Source: Eledone cirrhosa (Eukaryota). Taken from it: a stretch of 64,000 nucleotides of DNA. Positions 25,883 through 40,381 of the stretch are shown here, in pieces. A model generated the notes under the pieces. The model was given only the letters and a program-made list of their open reading frames with translations, did not search any database and was not told where the DNA came from. Positions within the stretch are counted from its first letter, which is position 1. Each line of letters opens with the position of its first letter. Made by a program: the position numbers and the translations under genes. Location of the stretch: positions 349,680,001 through 349,744,000 of the forward strand of contig OZ024742.1 in assembly GCA_964016885.1 (NCBI GenBank). The letters are read 5' to 3'.

Positions 25883-26095
25883 AATGATTTCTACTTTAGA
25901 AACAAAGCCAGCAAATTTTAGGGGAAGGACAAATTTGATTAGATCGATCCCAATACTTGACTGGTACTTTATTTTATCAACTCCGAAAGGATGAAAGACA
26001 AAGAGGATCTCAAAGCAAGATTTGAACTCAGAGAGCGCAGAAAGAACAAATACCTCAAAACATTCTCACCTTCCAACGACTTAATTTACCGCCCA
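25883..26095 (-). mobile_element. Degenerate SINE type A
   Basis: ctggtactttattttatc..aggatgaaag..tttgaactcag. Confidence 0.65.
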
Positions 26096-27039
26096 TCTTT
26101 CAATATAATTCCTTTGAAATCTTGTGTCTCAATCCTGTGAAACATTTATACAATAATGTCCATTCATTTAAATATTATATCAGTTCGCTAGCATGATTTA
26201 TCGCTATTTAAGCTGAAATGTATTTTACTTGAAAAATACACAAATGACCTGTATTCTCAATTTAGTCTCTGTCTCTATAAAATCGAAGTCTTATGTCTTA
26301 GAAATAGATTAATATCTTATCTTGGTGAATTGTAAATGGCAAGTTTCCTAAGTTTGATGGCTAGCTGAAAAGTCATCAATTCCTATCTCGTCATTTTCAC
26401 AATTCTTTCTTTTCAAGAATTCGGGCCAGATCTCTGAGTTGAGAATTCTCTCCCCTCTCTCCGCCCCTCCAGACCAATTCGGAGGACCCCAAAAGTGTCA
26501 TTGGCAATGACCTTTTTCTTCAGATTAAATAATAAATATATTCAACTAATTATAGGGAATTAAACTCCCTTCAGTAAAAATGCATAATTATGTATTGGCT
26601 GATCTAGAAAGGTATCTGGACACTTTAAAGGGGACATGAGCCAATGATGATGGCGCTGGTATTAACATGTTGGTTAGCTGTTGCTGCTTATTTCTAGGTT
26701 AAATACATACAAATCGTCGCCATCTTCGTTTTCATACAATGTGACTCAATAGCTCATTATTTAATATGTCCTTCCAACTTTTAAGAAGTAATATGTGATT
26801 TGAGGGAGGCTATGCTGCTATTTATATGTAATCAAACATCCGGGTAAATACTTCCTAGTTGAATCTGTGTCAGCTAGTTGGGTTCTCTGGGTGTGGTGCC
26901 TCACAACAATTGACATAGGAGACGAAAAACTGTAGGAACACGACCTAATATCTCAGTCAGAGGAGTTGATTACTATACTTGGAAAATGCACAGCAAATAT
27001 TTTAACCATTAATTAAGTAATCTTTATGTGTGACAGCTC

Positions 27040-27273
27040 ACACCCATGCAGATTTAGCTGGCCTCCTCCAAGGTATATCTCATTGGAGGTGTCTTGGGTG
27101 ATTTAATAATAGGGACCCCAGTCCTATCATCTCATTTCTACAGCTGAGTAAACTGGGGCAACGTGAAATAAAGTGTCTTGCTCAGGGAAACAACACATCA
27201 CCCGGTCCTAGAATTGAACTCACAACATTTCGATTGCAAGCCCAATGCTCTAACCACTAAGCCATGCGCCTTC
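27040..27273 (-). mobile_element. CORE-like tRNA SINE (same family as 39016-39255)
   Basis: GAAGGCGCATGGCTTAGTGGTTAGAGC head; TGAGCAAGACACTTTATTTCACGTTGC core. Confidence 0.8.
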
Positions 27274-27804
27274 TATATCTTTATAGCTAGTAATTGTTCT
27301 AAATATTGCTATGAGAGTTTGATAGCTTGCTGAGCTGTCGTTGATTCCTATCTCACCATTACATTATTTTATATGAAAGTCACTTTCAATAATCGCTTGA
27401 ACAAATACCATATACGATGGTTGGGTCATAGCTGCTGTCAATTGGTGTACCTTAATCGATGGATGATTTCTTAGTTTCCAGTTTTGACCACAAATTTCGC
27501 CTATGATTAAAACTTCAGACTGGTGTAATAGTTTTCAACTAGTAATAACCACGCCTCGGATATACCTTATTGGCCATGGTATCGCTTCTGCGCAATAGTG
27601 TAATAGTGACACTGCGCTGGTGTAATAGTGACGAAGAAAAGCAGCTGAAACATCTATAAAACTAAAAGAGGAATCGGCCTATTGAACTGAATTACCTTCC
27701 AGTAATGGGGATTCAGTAATGAACGAATATCTATTATTTTCTTGTGTCTGTTACAAAGACTGGTTGTTGCTGTTGATAGTCATTTCGTAGTAATGTATAA
27801 TATC

Positions 27805-28382
27805 TGGCATGGCTGTGTGTGTGACGCTGGTATTGCTGGTATAGCTATGGTTTAGCTCTGGTATATCTGGTATATCTGGTATATCTGGTATATCTGGTAT
27901 ATCTGGTATAGGTGTGTGTGTGGCGCTAGTATTGCTGGTATAGCTATGGTTTAACTCTGGTATATCTGGTATAGGTGTGTGTGTGGCGCTGGTATGGCTG
28001 GTATAGCTATGGTTTAGCTGTGGTATATCTGGTATAGGTGTGTCTGGCGCTGGTATAGCTGGTATTGCCGGTATAGCTGGTATAGCTGGTATAGTTGTGG
28101 TATAGCTGGTATTGCTGGTATAGCTGGTATTGTTGGTATAGTTGTGGTATAGCTGTGGTATAGCTGGTATATCTGGTATACCTGGTAGAACTGGTATAGC
28201 TGGTATAGTCGGTAGAGCTGGTATAGCTGGTAGAACTGATATAGCTGTGGTATAGCTGGTATATCTGGTAGAGCTGGAATAGCTGGTATATCTGATATAG
28301 CTGGAAGAGCTGATATATCTGGTATAGCTGGTATAGCTGGTATAGCTGGTATAGCTGGTAGTGCTGGTAGAACTGGTATAGT
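27805..28382. repeat. 9-bp minisatellite (tggtatagc/tggtatatc)n
   Basis: Direct reading. Confidence 0.9.
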
Positions 28383-28868
28383 TTTTTAGTTAAGAAAATC
28401 GTTTCACAACTTTTTGTTCCAGATTCGATCCCACAGCATGGTGCCTTCGGCAAGTTTCTCCAAACTTGACTTCAGGTTGATCAATGGGATGTCATCGATA
28501 GTTGATAAACGGAAATTAGGCGGAAGGTCGTTAATGCCGATGTATATAGGTGAAATAGATAAAACATTAGCGAAAAACCCCCCAGAAACAACAACAATAA
28601 GAGGACTTTCGAATAAAAATAGCCCATGTGTTATTTGCTCCGCATAAGAAACTCAACCAATTCCTTGTCACTCTGGCCATCAGAAATGCAGTGAACCAAC
28701 GATTGGCCTGCAACCAACGACGCTATTCTACACAAAAAATACAATATAAAATAAATATCAAACATTATACCACCCATGCAAGCGTGGAAAAACGGACGGA
28801 AAAACGATGATGATGATGATGAAGATGATGATGACGATGATGATGATGACGATGACGACGATGATGAC

Positions 28869-28923
<55 letters not shown>

Positions 28924-29317
28924 GTGATGATATAAAATCTATTTTAAAGCTGAAATCTTGGACAGGTTTTTTTCCTCACTCTATTTAAACCAATGTAGAC
29001 AAAGCATGGCCGAATGGTGACGAAGTTCGCTTCGCGACAACTAGGGTCCGGGTTCGCTCCCCCAGTGCATCTTGGGCCAGTATGATTTATTATAATCATG
29101 TGTTGATTTATATCTTGTGAAATTGGGCAGAGAAAAACTGATACGCACACTTTCGTTCCAAAGAATTGGTAGTATTCTCAGATAACACAGACACACACTT
29201 ACACACACACACACACTCTATCTCTCTCACACACACACTCACACACACTCTCACACACACACTCTCTCTTACACACACACAATCACACACACACACATAT
29301 TTATATATATATATATA

Positions 29318-29637
29318 CAGTTGTCCCCCGGTATTCGCAGGGGTTACGCTCCTAGAACACCCACGAAGAGTGAAAAACCGCGAATATTGGACATGATCCA
29401 TAAAAATGCCTATAAACCTTAAAATACAGCGTAAAATATAGGCCGGCAAATACGGTTTATTGTTAATAATTTAGCGTTAAAAAGCGTGGGAAAATACATA
29501 TTGCCACGAAAAGAGCCATGAAAATATTGCGGAAGATATTTACGATTCCGCGAATATGCGGTGGTTTCCACGAACAATAATTAGGTTCTGAAGAAAATTC
29601 CACGAATAATCGGGACCGCGAATGCCGGGGTAGCCTG
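29318..29637. mobile_element. pogo/Tigger-type (Tc1/mariner) MITE
   Basis: CAG...CTG ends with TA on both sides; imperfect TIRs cagttgtcccccggtattcgc / gcgaatgccggggtagcctg. Confidence 0.75.
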
Positions 29638-29699
29638 TATATATATTTATACCTATGTATTGATTACTGTTTCAGTGTCTGTTACCTTTCTCTCTCTCC

Positions 29700-30065
29700 A
29701 GACACCCACACCTTCCACCCACACACCCACTCACATACCCACCCACACCTTCCACCCACACACCCACTCACATACCCACCCACACCTTCCACCCACACAC
29801 CCACTCACATACCCCCCACACCTTTCACCCACATACCCACTCACAACCCCCCCCCCCACACATATACCCCCCCACGCCTTCCACCCACACACCCACTCAC
29901 ATACCCACCCACACACCCACTCACATACCCCCCACACCTTCCACCCACACACCCACTCACATACCCACTCACAACCCCCCACACACATACCCCCCACGCC
30001 TTCCACCCACACACCCACTCACATACCCACACCTCCCCCCACACCCACCCACCCACCCACACATT
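29700..30065. repeat. C/A-rich minisatellite (ccttccacccacacacccactcacatacc-like)
   Basis: Direct reading. Confidence 0.85.
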
Positions 30066-30348
30066 CCACCCCGACCCGCATACATATATATTGTATCTTC
30101 ATTGATAAATAACATCGACTTACCAAGTTAGTTCAAAACTTTCTCTCTCTCTCTCCCTCACTAACTCTCTCTCTCCCTCTCCCCCTTGCTAACTCTCCCT
30201 CTCCCTCACTAACTCTCCCTCTCCCACTCCCTCTCTCTCTCTGTCTATCTGTCATAACTTTAACTTCCACACCTGTAATCTACGTTCACTTTCCTAACCA
30301 CCACCAATCCTATTCCACTATAGTTAGCTCTTCTCTCTTTCTTTCCTA

Positions 30349-30379
<31 letters not shown>

Positions 30380-30524
30380 TCCTACTTTCTCCCTTTGTCT
30401 TGTCTTGTTTGTTTGTTAGTTGCCACCTCTGGAAACTGTTGTCATTTCGCCAACTTCTTTTTCTCAACACTGAATAATTGAAATGACTGGAATTATACTA
30501 TCGTAGATTGTTAGGTGGTAGTCA

Positions 30525-31081
30525 ATAGGAGGAGGAGGAGGAGGAGGAGGAGGGTGAGGCGGGAGGCGGGAGGGGGGGGGGATATGAGGTAGTAAGAAGT
30601 AGAAGAAGAATATAGAAGAAGAGCAAGAAAAAGAAAGAAGATGATGATAATGATGGTGATAAAGAAGAAGAAAATGAAGAACAAGGAGAAGAAGATGGTG
30701 AAAAGGTAAGAAGAAAAGAAAAAAGAAGACGAAGAAGAAATAGTAAAAAAAGAAGAAAGAAGAAAAAGATGAAGAAAAAGATGAAAAAATAAGAAGAAAA
30801 AGAAGAAAAAGAAGAAAAACAACAGCAACAACAACAACAACAGTAACAACAACAACAGCAACAATAGTAACAACAACAACAGTAACAACAGCAACAGCAA
30901 CAACAACAACAACAGCAACAATAACAACAACAATAGCAACAACAACAGCAACAACAGCAACAGCAACAACAGCAACAACAACAACAGCAACAACAGCAAC
31001 AGCGACAATAACAACAACAGCAACAACAACAACAGCAACAATAACAACGGCAACAACAGTAACACCAACAATAAAAACAAT

Positions 31082-31127
<46 letters not shown>

Positions 31128-31182
31128 GCACCAACAACAACAGCAACAACAACATCAACAACAACAACAGCAACAACAACAT

Positions 31183-31213
<31 letters not shown>

Positions 31214-31361
31214 AACAACAGCAACAACAACAATAGCAACAACAACAACAGCAACAATAACAACAACAGCAACAACAACAGCAACAACAACAGCAACAAC
31301 AACAACAACAGCAGCACCTGCAACAACAGCAACAACACCAACACAGCAACAACAACACAGC

Positions 31362-31393
<32 letters not shown>

Positions 31394-32136
31394 CTGCAGC
31401 AGTAGCGTTCGTGTTGCTGGAATTAATTGTTGAATCAATAAACCAGAGATGATTGTCTCATCAAGTTCTGTCTTTTGTGGAGTAGAACAGGATTCGATCC
31501 CAATAACAAAAATACTTTTCAATCAATTTGTAATTAGTTCGATACAACACTACCACTACTACCACCACCACCATTACCAACACCAACACCACCACCACCA
31601 TCACCACCACCACCACCACTACCATTACCACCACCACCACTACCATTACCAACACCACCACTACTACTACCACCACCACAACCTACATCACCACCACCAC
31701 TACCATTACCACCATCACCACCACAACTTACACCACCACCACTGCTACTACCACTACCACCACCACCACAACCTACATCACCACCATCACTACTACTACT
31801 ATCACCACCACTACCATTACCAACACCACCATTACCATTTCCACCACCACCACTACTACTACCACTACCACCACCACCACCACAACCTACATCACCACCA
31901 CTACCATTACCAACAACACCACAACCTACATCACCACCACCACCACTACCATTTCCACCACCACCACAACCTACACCACCACTACTACTACCACTACCAC
32001 TACCACTACCACTACCATCACCACCACAACCTACATCACTGCCACCTCCACTACTACTACTACCACCACCACCACCACAACCTACATCACCACCACCACA
32101 ACCTACATCACCACCACCACCACCACCACTACCATC
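30525..32136. repeat. Compound trinucleotide array: (GGA)/(GAA), (CAA/CAG)n 30820-31395, (CAC/TAC)n 31545-32136
   Basis: Direct reading. Confidence 0.9.
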
Positions 32137-32544
32137 GGTAATTTTTTTAGCTTGTCTCCGTTGATTAAAAAAACCCCCAGAATTAGTCGTTTAGTTTACA
32201 TATTGAGACCCCGACCCATCCTATTTATTTTATAATTTATGGGATTTCTAGTAATGTACTTCTTTGTCATGTATAATGTTTCTTAATGTATAAAGAAAAA
32301 TTTCACCAGAGATAGATTAGAACGGATTCGGAAAGGAAAGTTGGAAAAAAATCTGAAAAATTAATAAGCAGGAGGCGATTCTTTGAGACCCGATATTAGG
32401 CGGTTAATATGCAGAGTTGTTAGGCATCAGATGAAAGGAATGCCTCTGTAGAGGGCTCAACAACATCCTATTTCTTTAAAACAATCTTTCTATCTGTTAC
32501 ATCCAATGTAGTTACTTTTAGAAAGCAAAAACTGGGATTAATAT

Positions 32545-32972
32545 TGATTTCTGATTTAGGTACAATGACCAACAAATTTAGGGGGAGATAAAGTCGATTA
32601 AATTGACTCACTGTATAACTGGTATTATATTTTACCGGTCCCTCTGTGGGCGAAGCAGTTTTTTAAAGGTGGTGAATTGGCAGTATCAGTAGAGAGTTGG
32701 ACACCATGCTTTGCAGCAAGAGTTACGGCTCTTTATTGTCTGAGTTCAAATCCCACCGAGGTTAACTTTGCCTTTCATCCTTACGGGGTCGATAAAATAA
32801 AGTACTAGTAATGTACTGGGGTAATTGCTGGCCTTGTGCAAAAAAGTAGAAACAATTATATTTTACCGGCCCCGGAATGAGGAAAGGGAAAGTTGACTTT
32901 GGGGAGATTTGAACTCATAATACAAAGAGCCGTACTAAATGCCACAAATTAATTTGTCCGACGCTCTAACGA
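32545..32972. mobile_element. SINE type A (+, ~32667-32858) nested in an older minus-strand type A copy
   Basis: Direct repeat attatattttaccgg at ~32624-32638 and ~32855-32869; host SINE resumes after it. Confidence 0.7.
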
Positions 32973-33300
32973 CTCCTGTCCCTGGCAGAGAAAAGCCTTC
33001 TCATCACACACATGACACAAAATATCATAAGCAATTTTGAACCAGTGACCAATAAGTACGATATACAATAGATTAGTCACGGAGTCATCTTCACCCAACA
33101 TAGATTTCTAACGAGCAAAGTTGAAGAAATTACACAGCGACATTCAGAGGACAGATATTGATTATTTTTCTTGCACAAACACAAGGTCAATTGTTGAAAG
33201 GAAGGCTGTTTATTGAGCAGACACAAATATACTGTTGGCGCTTATTGTATTGAATCTGTGGAGTTGTAAGGTAGTGTCAACCCAGTGGGATCTGAACTGT

Positions 33301-33397
<97 letters not shown>

Positions 33398-33466
33398 TTA
33401 TATATGTGTGTATATATATATATTTATATATTTATACATATATATGTATATATATATATGTATATA

Positions 33467-33517
<51 letters not shown>

Positions 33518-33809
33518 TATATAGATATGTAGATAAATCTACCAAAAGTTTACGGTAGTGTCCAATCATTATATATGCATATATATATTTATATATATTT
33601 ATATATTTATATATATATATATATATGTATGTATATATATATGTGTTTATATATATATGTATACGTACCTGAACACAAACACACACACACACACATATAT
33701 GTAATTACACATATATATATACATACACATATACAAACACATATATACATATATATGCACTTATTCTTATCTTTCTCTTTCGCTCTATATATATATGTAT
33801 ATAAAACAT

Positions 33810-33877
<68 letters not shown>

Positions 33878-33915
33878 CATGAAGAGAGAGAGAGAGAGAG
33901 AGAGAGAGTGAGAGA

Positions 33916-33950
<35 letters not shown>

Positions 33951-34221
33951 TAAGCATTATATGTATATTTATATACATATATATACATATGGAGGCAGAC
34001 AAACACATACATGTTTGTGCAGCGTTACGTGTATATACTGCACTAGACATTGTAACAGACACATGTCCATGGTCCTCCACCCCCACGTATTACTGGTACC
34101 CTTGATCTGCGACTGAATTCAAACGTTTGGACCTAAATCATGTTAGTTTAACAAGATTGACAATATTATTTTATGTATAGATATAATTGAGTATATACTT
34201 TGTAGAGTTATATATATATAT

Positions 34222-34941
34222 GTACTATTCGAACATGCCAGACAACAACACGACGATAACATAGACAACATAGAAATTAGAATATCTAAACATAGAAATG
34301 ACCCAGCAGATAGGCAAATCAGAGAGGCCAGTGAAATAGAACTTAGAAGGCCAAGACTAAACAGAAAAAATGAATGGAATAACAACAACACCCAAACAAA
34401 CAACACTGACCTAAAAGAAGTATAAATAAATAAATAGATAAATAAATATATACACAAGCACAATAACAACAAACACATATAAACACACACTAGTAAAGAT
34501 AGAATACATTAACCAATACACAGTCCACAATCACGAACACACATCAAACAAAACACTATACACACACGCAAACGCATGCGCAAAGAAGACAAAAAAAAAA
34601 CAAAAAACAAACAAACAAAAAAAACAACAAATAAATAAATATATAAACAGATTAAATAAAGATGGCGTAGAAAATACAATGCAACGGGGGGAAACAATAG
34701 CACCACTGACGATGTTGCAGATGTGCAACGAAAGAACTTTCATAGACTATATATATGTGTTTGTGTCTATATTGTATCTGTGTTTTTGACCGTTGGTCAG
34801 TCAATGGCAACATTTAGGACCGAATAAATTAAATTACCGATATAAAAGACACAGAAGCGAAAAGCGAAAACCAACCAAACAGTGAGTGTGTTCTGTTATT
34901 AATTCTGGCAATATTACACAAATATGACCCTCCCCAAGTAT

Positions 34942-34947
<6 letters not shown>
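34222..34947 (+). mobile_element. 5'-truncated Penelope-like element (GIY-YIG C-terminus + 3' pLTR), same family as 44831-47043
   Basis: EHARQQHD..RQIREASEI..LNRKNEW and 3' region nearly identical to 46365-47043; (TA)n flanks. Confidence 0.85.
34701..34745 (+). ncRNA. Minimal hammerhead ribozyme motif in PLE pLTR
   Basis: CTGACGA-t-gttgca[gatg]tgcaac-GAAA; stems I/III degenerate. Confidence 0.55.
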
Positions 34948-34974
<27 letters not shown>

Positions 34975-34995
34975 ACAATATATATATATATATAA

Positions 34996-35037
<42 letters not shown>

Positions 35038-35589
35038 ATGAGAAGAATGAATACTGCGTGGTTGCACATGGGTTACATATGATAAAAATAGTCCTTCATC
35101 AGTGATTTTCCGACCTTCATTGGTATTTCATAGCTTTAAAAATCATATACCTCCAGTTGGTGCGAGCAATAGCTAAATAAACCTATTGGGACAAGTAAAT
35201 CGCGTAAAGCGAGCGAGACAAGTAAACAAACATAGAAGGATAGCAACGCAAAGATAGGAAAAAACAAGCACATGGGAGTCCGATCAGCTTAAGCTGTGTG
35301 GATTTCATGAGCGAGAGACAACAGACCGTGCGACGCGAGTGAGGTGTGAGCAAGAAAGAACCCACTTCAGGCCAAACGGAAGGAAGTGAGAAGGGGAGAA
35401 GCAGAGAGTGAGTGAGTGGAAGTGCAAGGAAGAGGCCAGTCGAGAGAAAGTGTAACTGACAGAGGGGGCGAAAGAAGGTGATATATATATATATTAAAGA
35501 GTTAAACAATATTCAATGAGTATATCAAATAATGAGTTTTACATTAGATTGGAAGCACTCTCAGTACAAATATTTTCCAGAGTTATTAA

Positions 35590-36400
35590 TATTAAAATAC
35601 AAATATTAATAAAATAGATCTTCTTTTGATTAATTAAATTTTATTATACATATTTCAGAGGTACAACAGTACGTCCTCATCAGACAAAATATAACGATAC
35701 ATGACATACCTTGAGATGTTAAATGGTTAAGATTTAATCAAGGTAGTGATTAACCTAAGAGAAAACTCAACATTTATACCCTAATAATGAGAAAATGCGA
35801 AAACGTAATAAATTCAATAGAGGATTACACTAACTACTTGACAATAAATGTTTAGATATTTCTAACAATAAGTACTTCATAAGCTTTACATACCGAAAAT
35901 GTTGACATTCTTATAGGTAATTTTTCGTTAAAGATTACCTTTAAGAAAATATTCAACAGTGTAAATTTTCCTTTCGCTGGCCATGTAATCCTTTAAATTT
36001 ATATTACTCCCCTTTATCTCTCCCTCTCTTTAAATCTTCTATCAGTTGCCTTCATAAACTATTATAGTTCAAGAGACGTTTTCCTAGATAATCTTAATTT
36101 GTAGTATCCCACATTTTAAAATCTATATAGCTGTCACATTAAGCAACGTTTTTTTGTACTCATACATCCTCTATTGAATTTATTACGTTTTCGCATTTTC
36201 TCATTATTAGGGTATAAATGTTGAGTTTTCTCTCAGGTTAATCACTACCTTGATTAAATCTTAACCATTTAACATCTCAGGGTATGTCATGTATCATTAT
36301 ATTTTGTCTGATGAGGACGTACAGTTGTACCTCTGAAATATGTATAATAAAATTTAATTGATCAAAAGAATATCTATTTTTTAATATTTGTATTTTAATA
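35590..36400. mobile_element. Non-coding element with ~235-bp inverted arms (35590-35825 / 36166-36400), each with a hammerhead
   Basis: Arms are near-exact reverse complements; ~340-bp spacer. Confidence 0.85.
36301..36353 (+). ncRNA. Type I minimal hammerhead ribozyme
   Basis: attttgt-CTGATGA-ggacgtac[agtt]gtacctct-GAAA-tatgta-TA-ataaaat; mirror copy on - strand at 35638-35690. Confidence 0.75.
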
Positions 36401-36415
36401 TATATATATATATAT

Positions 36416-37021
36416 GGTGGCTGCCAACTCGTTTTCGAGTACGGCCACTACTTTATATCCATGTAGGAGAACTCCTACCGATGCGCTGAACGAATGCGAC
36501 TTTTTAGTCCACCCAGCGACCTGAAAACTCTGGTAGAAACACTACACCTGTGACAATTATTGACACATAGTGCTGGGCCCTTGGTACCATGTGAGGATAA
36601 GTGCAGAGAGATCTCCAGATATAAAGCAATGCCTGTGCCGTGAAGCTTTTATAGTGAGCAAAGGCACTGCACAAAACAAGTCCCACTCTCTTAGCCAAGA
36701 TGATATTTACCAAAAAGAATAACAAGTCAACATCATTGGATAACATCAGAGTTGCAGGTGTTATATCAGAGTTTTCCTTCTCCTAGAATTCTGCCTTGAC
36801 AAAGGCTAAGGGGTCATCTCTCCCGGTGATTTTTGATGGCCATTGACTCTTAAGAGCTCCTTTGCCCTTGACAGGTTTTGTTTTTAGTCCTGCAGGATGT
36901 CCAAAGTCACCCTTCTCACCAAGGAACCTTGGTGGGGTTGCCAGTTTAGTCGCCAACGACCCGACCATGAGACAGGTTGTACTGGGATACATGTACCAGT
37001 AGCACCAACTGGTGACCTGGC
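36416..37021 (-). mobile_element. Short non-coding retroelement, probably RTE-derived non-autonomous; second 5'-truncated copy at 56719-57118 (+)
   Basis: ~390 bp shared with 56719-57118; CTAGGAGAAGGAAAACTCTGA motif recalled from RTE 5' UTRs; both copies end GGCAGCCACCA-(TA)n. Confidence 0.6.
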
Positions 37022-37157
37022 ATATATATATGTACATACATACATATATATATATATAAATGTATATATATATATATAATATACATACAATTACACACAT
37101 ACCTACACACACACATATATATATAATATAATATACATATACAGTTACACACAGACC

Positions 37158-37213
<56 letters not shown>

Positions 37214-37301
37214 AATGATGCAGTTTGCTTGAAGCATTGTGGGATATGAAAAGTGGTTATTTCAAGGAAAACCAATTTTTATGTTGTATGTGTATGTGTA
37301 T

Positions 37302-37438
<137 letters not shown>

Positions 37439-37849
37439 AAGGAAGAAAGAAGTTATTTTTAAGGGTTCAGGATGTTTATGTTCTACTGACTGAGTTCTGT
37501 AAGCTGTGTATTGAAGGAAACCCACAGTTATTGGTTTTGAAAGGTGTTTGAAGTCTTGGAATGTTACACTACAGATTAATAATAGGGGTGTAATAATAAG
37601 GCAACTAATGGAGGAAAGAAAGAAATACAAGAACCTAGGAAGGGCTACATTGAGAACCACGGAGAATGTTGGAGAAGTATAGCAATTTTTTTCTGCGGTA
37701 TTTTCCGAGAGTCCCAATACAGCCCATGATAATGGATGGTACATCCGAAATATTGGGACTTATAAATATTCCCTAGGTTATTCTTTTTCTTCCTCTAGAG
37801 TTATTTATTTTCAATGTTTAATTTGGTCTTTGAATTGTTTGAATGTCAC

Positions 37850-38113
37850 AATATCGATTGCGGAGGTTGTAAGTTCCATTTCCGGTGGCGCATTGCGACC
37901 TTGAGCAAGATATTTTATTTCATGTAGCTCCAATCCACTTATCTGCAACTTAAAGGGCCAGTCATCGCTGAATCTCCCTGCGAAATACAATAACGGTGCG
38001 CCTGTCTGTGGAATGTTCAGATACAGGTACGTTAATTTCACGAGCAAGCTGTTCCGTTGATTGGATCAACTGAAACACTCGTCGTCGTAACCGACGGAGT
38101 GCCAGTAGTAGTA
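37850..38113 (+). mobile_element. CORE-like SINE with (TAG)n tail
   Basis: ccttgagcaagatattttatttcat core-like motif; tail gtagtagtagta. Confidence 0.6.
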
Positions 38114-38569
38114 GTACAATATAGATTAGTAGTGGCTGGAAAGATGTCGATTGGGCGGCCATTTGACGGAGTGGTTAGAAAGTTGGATTGAATATTTTGT
38201 GGTAGTTGTTGTGGCTCTATGTGTTTGAAACCTAAGTCAACTTTACATTCATTCCTTTCAAGATCAATAAAATAGTACATGTTCAGTACAGGGGCCGATT
38301 CTTCCTCTTCTATATCTTTCTCTCACTCTTTCTCTCGTTCTCTTGAAAAAGTCGGTTGTGTTCAGACATGGAGAGGGAATGGGCTCAACCAAGTTTTAAA
38401 ATATACCCAAAGACACATCGTATATAATTACGGCGCCACAACGAATCCACCGGGAGTCACGGGGTTATACGTACATAATATAGGTGGGTGTTTGTAGTTA
38501 TGGGGAAAGCAGGTTATCTTTATATCTTACTGGTGGATTTATTAAGAAGTGCTAACGATTTTATGTGTA

Positions 38570-38895
38570 GCTCGGGGATCAGAGAGTCACTCCAGGTAGA
38601 ACCACTACTTTTCTGAATTGAGAGATCACAGCTCCAAAACTCTGGGAATGTGGTTAGAATGGTTCAGGAAATAATTGCTAGACAGGATTTACGGACAAAA
38701 CCAATCGGCAGGAGACTCATGGCAGACACCGAGCAAGATGTTTGGTTAACATCCATGAGCTTGGCTGGTCTCTCTTGGGTATCCAGCCGGATCAGTTGAA
38801 GACGGCTGTTTCTAACAGGACCGGCTGGAAGGAGTGTTTCAGGACTCTGGCCCCACGACACTCTCAGGAATAAGTGGGAGAAGGAGAAGAGAAGA
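38570..38895 (+). pseudogene. 3' fragment of RTE-clade (Expander/Rex3-like) LINE
   Basis: Frameshifted translation IRESLQVEPLL / IERSQL..VVRM / ELGWSLLGIQPDQLKTAVSNRTGWKECFRTLAPR resembles the Rex3-type C-terminus. Confidence 0.7.
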
Positions 38896-39015
38896 TTTTT
38901 ACCCTTTGATAGGTGAAGGTCAAATTTGGATTTGATTTATATTCTCATCATATATGTTGGTTAGAATGAGGAAATGATTTATGGTAGTATTTTTATGGAA
39001 GTAAGGCTCAATAGT

Positions 39016-39255
39016 GAAGGCGCATGGCTTAGTGGTTAGAGCATTGGGCTTGCAATCGAAAGGTTGTGAGTTCAATTCTCGGACCGGGTGATGTGTTGTT
39101 TCCTTGAGCAAGACACTTTATTTCACGTTGCTCCAGTTGATTCAGCTGTAGAAATGAGATGATAGCGACTGGGGTCCCTATCATTAAATCACCCAAGACA
39201 CCCCCAACGAGATATACCTTGGAGGAGGCCAGCTAAACCTGCACAGGTGTGAGTT
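39016..39255 (+). mobile_element. CORE-like tRNA SINE
   Basis: A box TGGCTTAGTGG, B box GAGTTCAATTC, CORE-like CCTTGAGCAAGACACTT. Confidence 0.8.
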
Positions 39256-39728
39256 GTAAAACAACAACAACAACAGAAGAAAATCAGTGGATTTGAAGCC
39301 CATAAATACCACGGTTCCTCTTCTTTCAAACACACATAAACACAAACAGATACACACACACACACACACACATACACATACACACACATACACACACACA
39401 CAGACATACAGACACATATACACACTTACAGATATACATACACACGTATACACATACACACACACATACCCGCACACACAGACATGCACACAGGGATACA
39501 CACACACAAATAAACACATACACACACACACAGACAAATACACACAGAGACACATATACATACACAAAAACACAGGTAGAGACACACATACACATACATA
39601 GACATGCACAAATGCACACAGCAATACACACACACATACTTACATACACAGAGATATACACACAGATACACGCACAGATATACACACAGATATATTTACA
39701 CAGATATACACGCAAAGACACACACACA

Positions 39729-39773
<45 letters not shown>

Positions 39774-40381
39774 TTATACAGACACACCAACACACACACT
39801 AGCACACACACAAACATACACACATACACACAAACAAATGCACGCATTGACGCAGTCACTGATTAAATTATTATATTTTAACAAATAATATATTTAGAAA
39901 GGTAACACTTTTTTTTATCAACTCCCGATTTTTCCCTGCTTCTACTGATCAGATATAACACTTAATAACGAAGTACATAGAAATAAAGATAATAGTCTCA
40001 CACTTTCATGAAACAGAGAAGAAATCACCACTCCGACCTTTTTATCATATATATATATATATATACATATATATAGGAAAATGTTTGACACCGACGGCAG
40101 AGCTCAAGCCGTTTCGATGGCTCTAGCCTAAGTATTGAGTACTCTGGTGCGTTATGGTCCATCTGGTTCCTTACCACACTTCCTTCGTTATATATATATA
40201 CATATATAACAAAGGGATTGTGGTAAGGAACCAGATGGACCATAACGCACCAGAGTACTCAATACTTAGGCTAGTAGAGTGGGAAAAAGACAACTTTAAC
40301 GGTTGGAGCTTCCAGGAAGCTCCAGCCGTTAAGGTTGTTTTTTTTCCGGGTATGTGAATATTTATTTATAAAACAAATCTG

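Noticed and set aside
30464-32141. Long poly-Val/Leu/His ORFs and similar HT/YI/CV-repeat ORFs across the window
   Set aside because: Stop-free frames of simple repeats
35093-35105. CTGATGA on - strand (also + strand at 56133) as hammerheads
   Set aside because: No properly placed stem II plus GAAA
39016-39090. tRNA gene
   Set aside because: A/B boxes run directly into a CORE-like SINE body found in several copies; no acceptor stem or terminator
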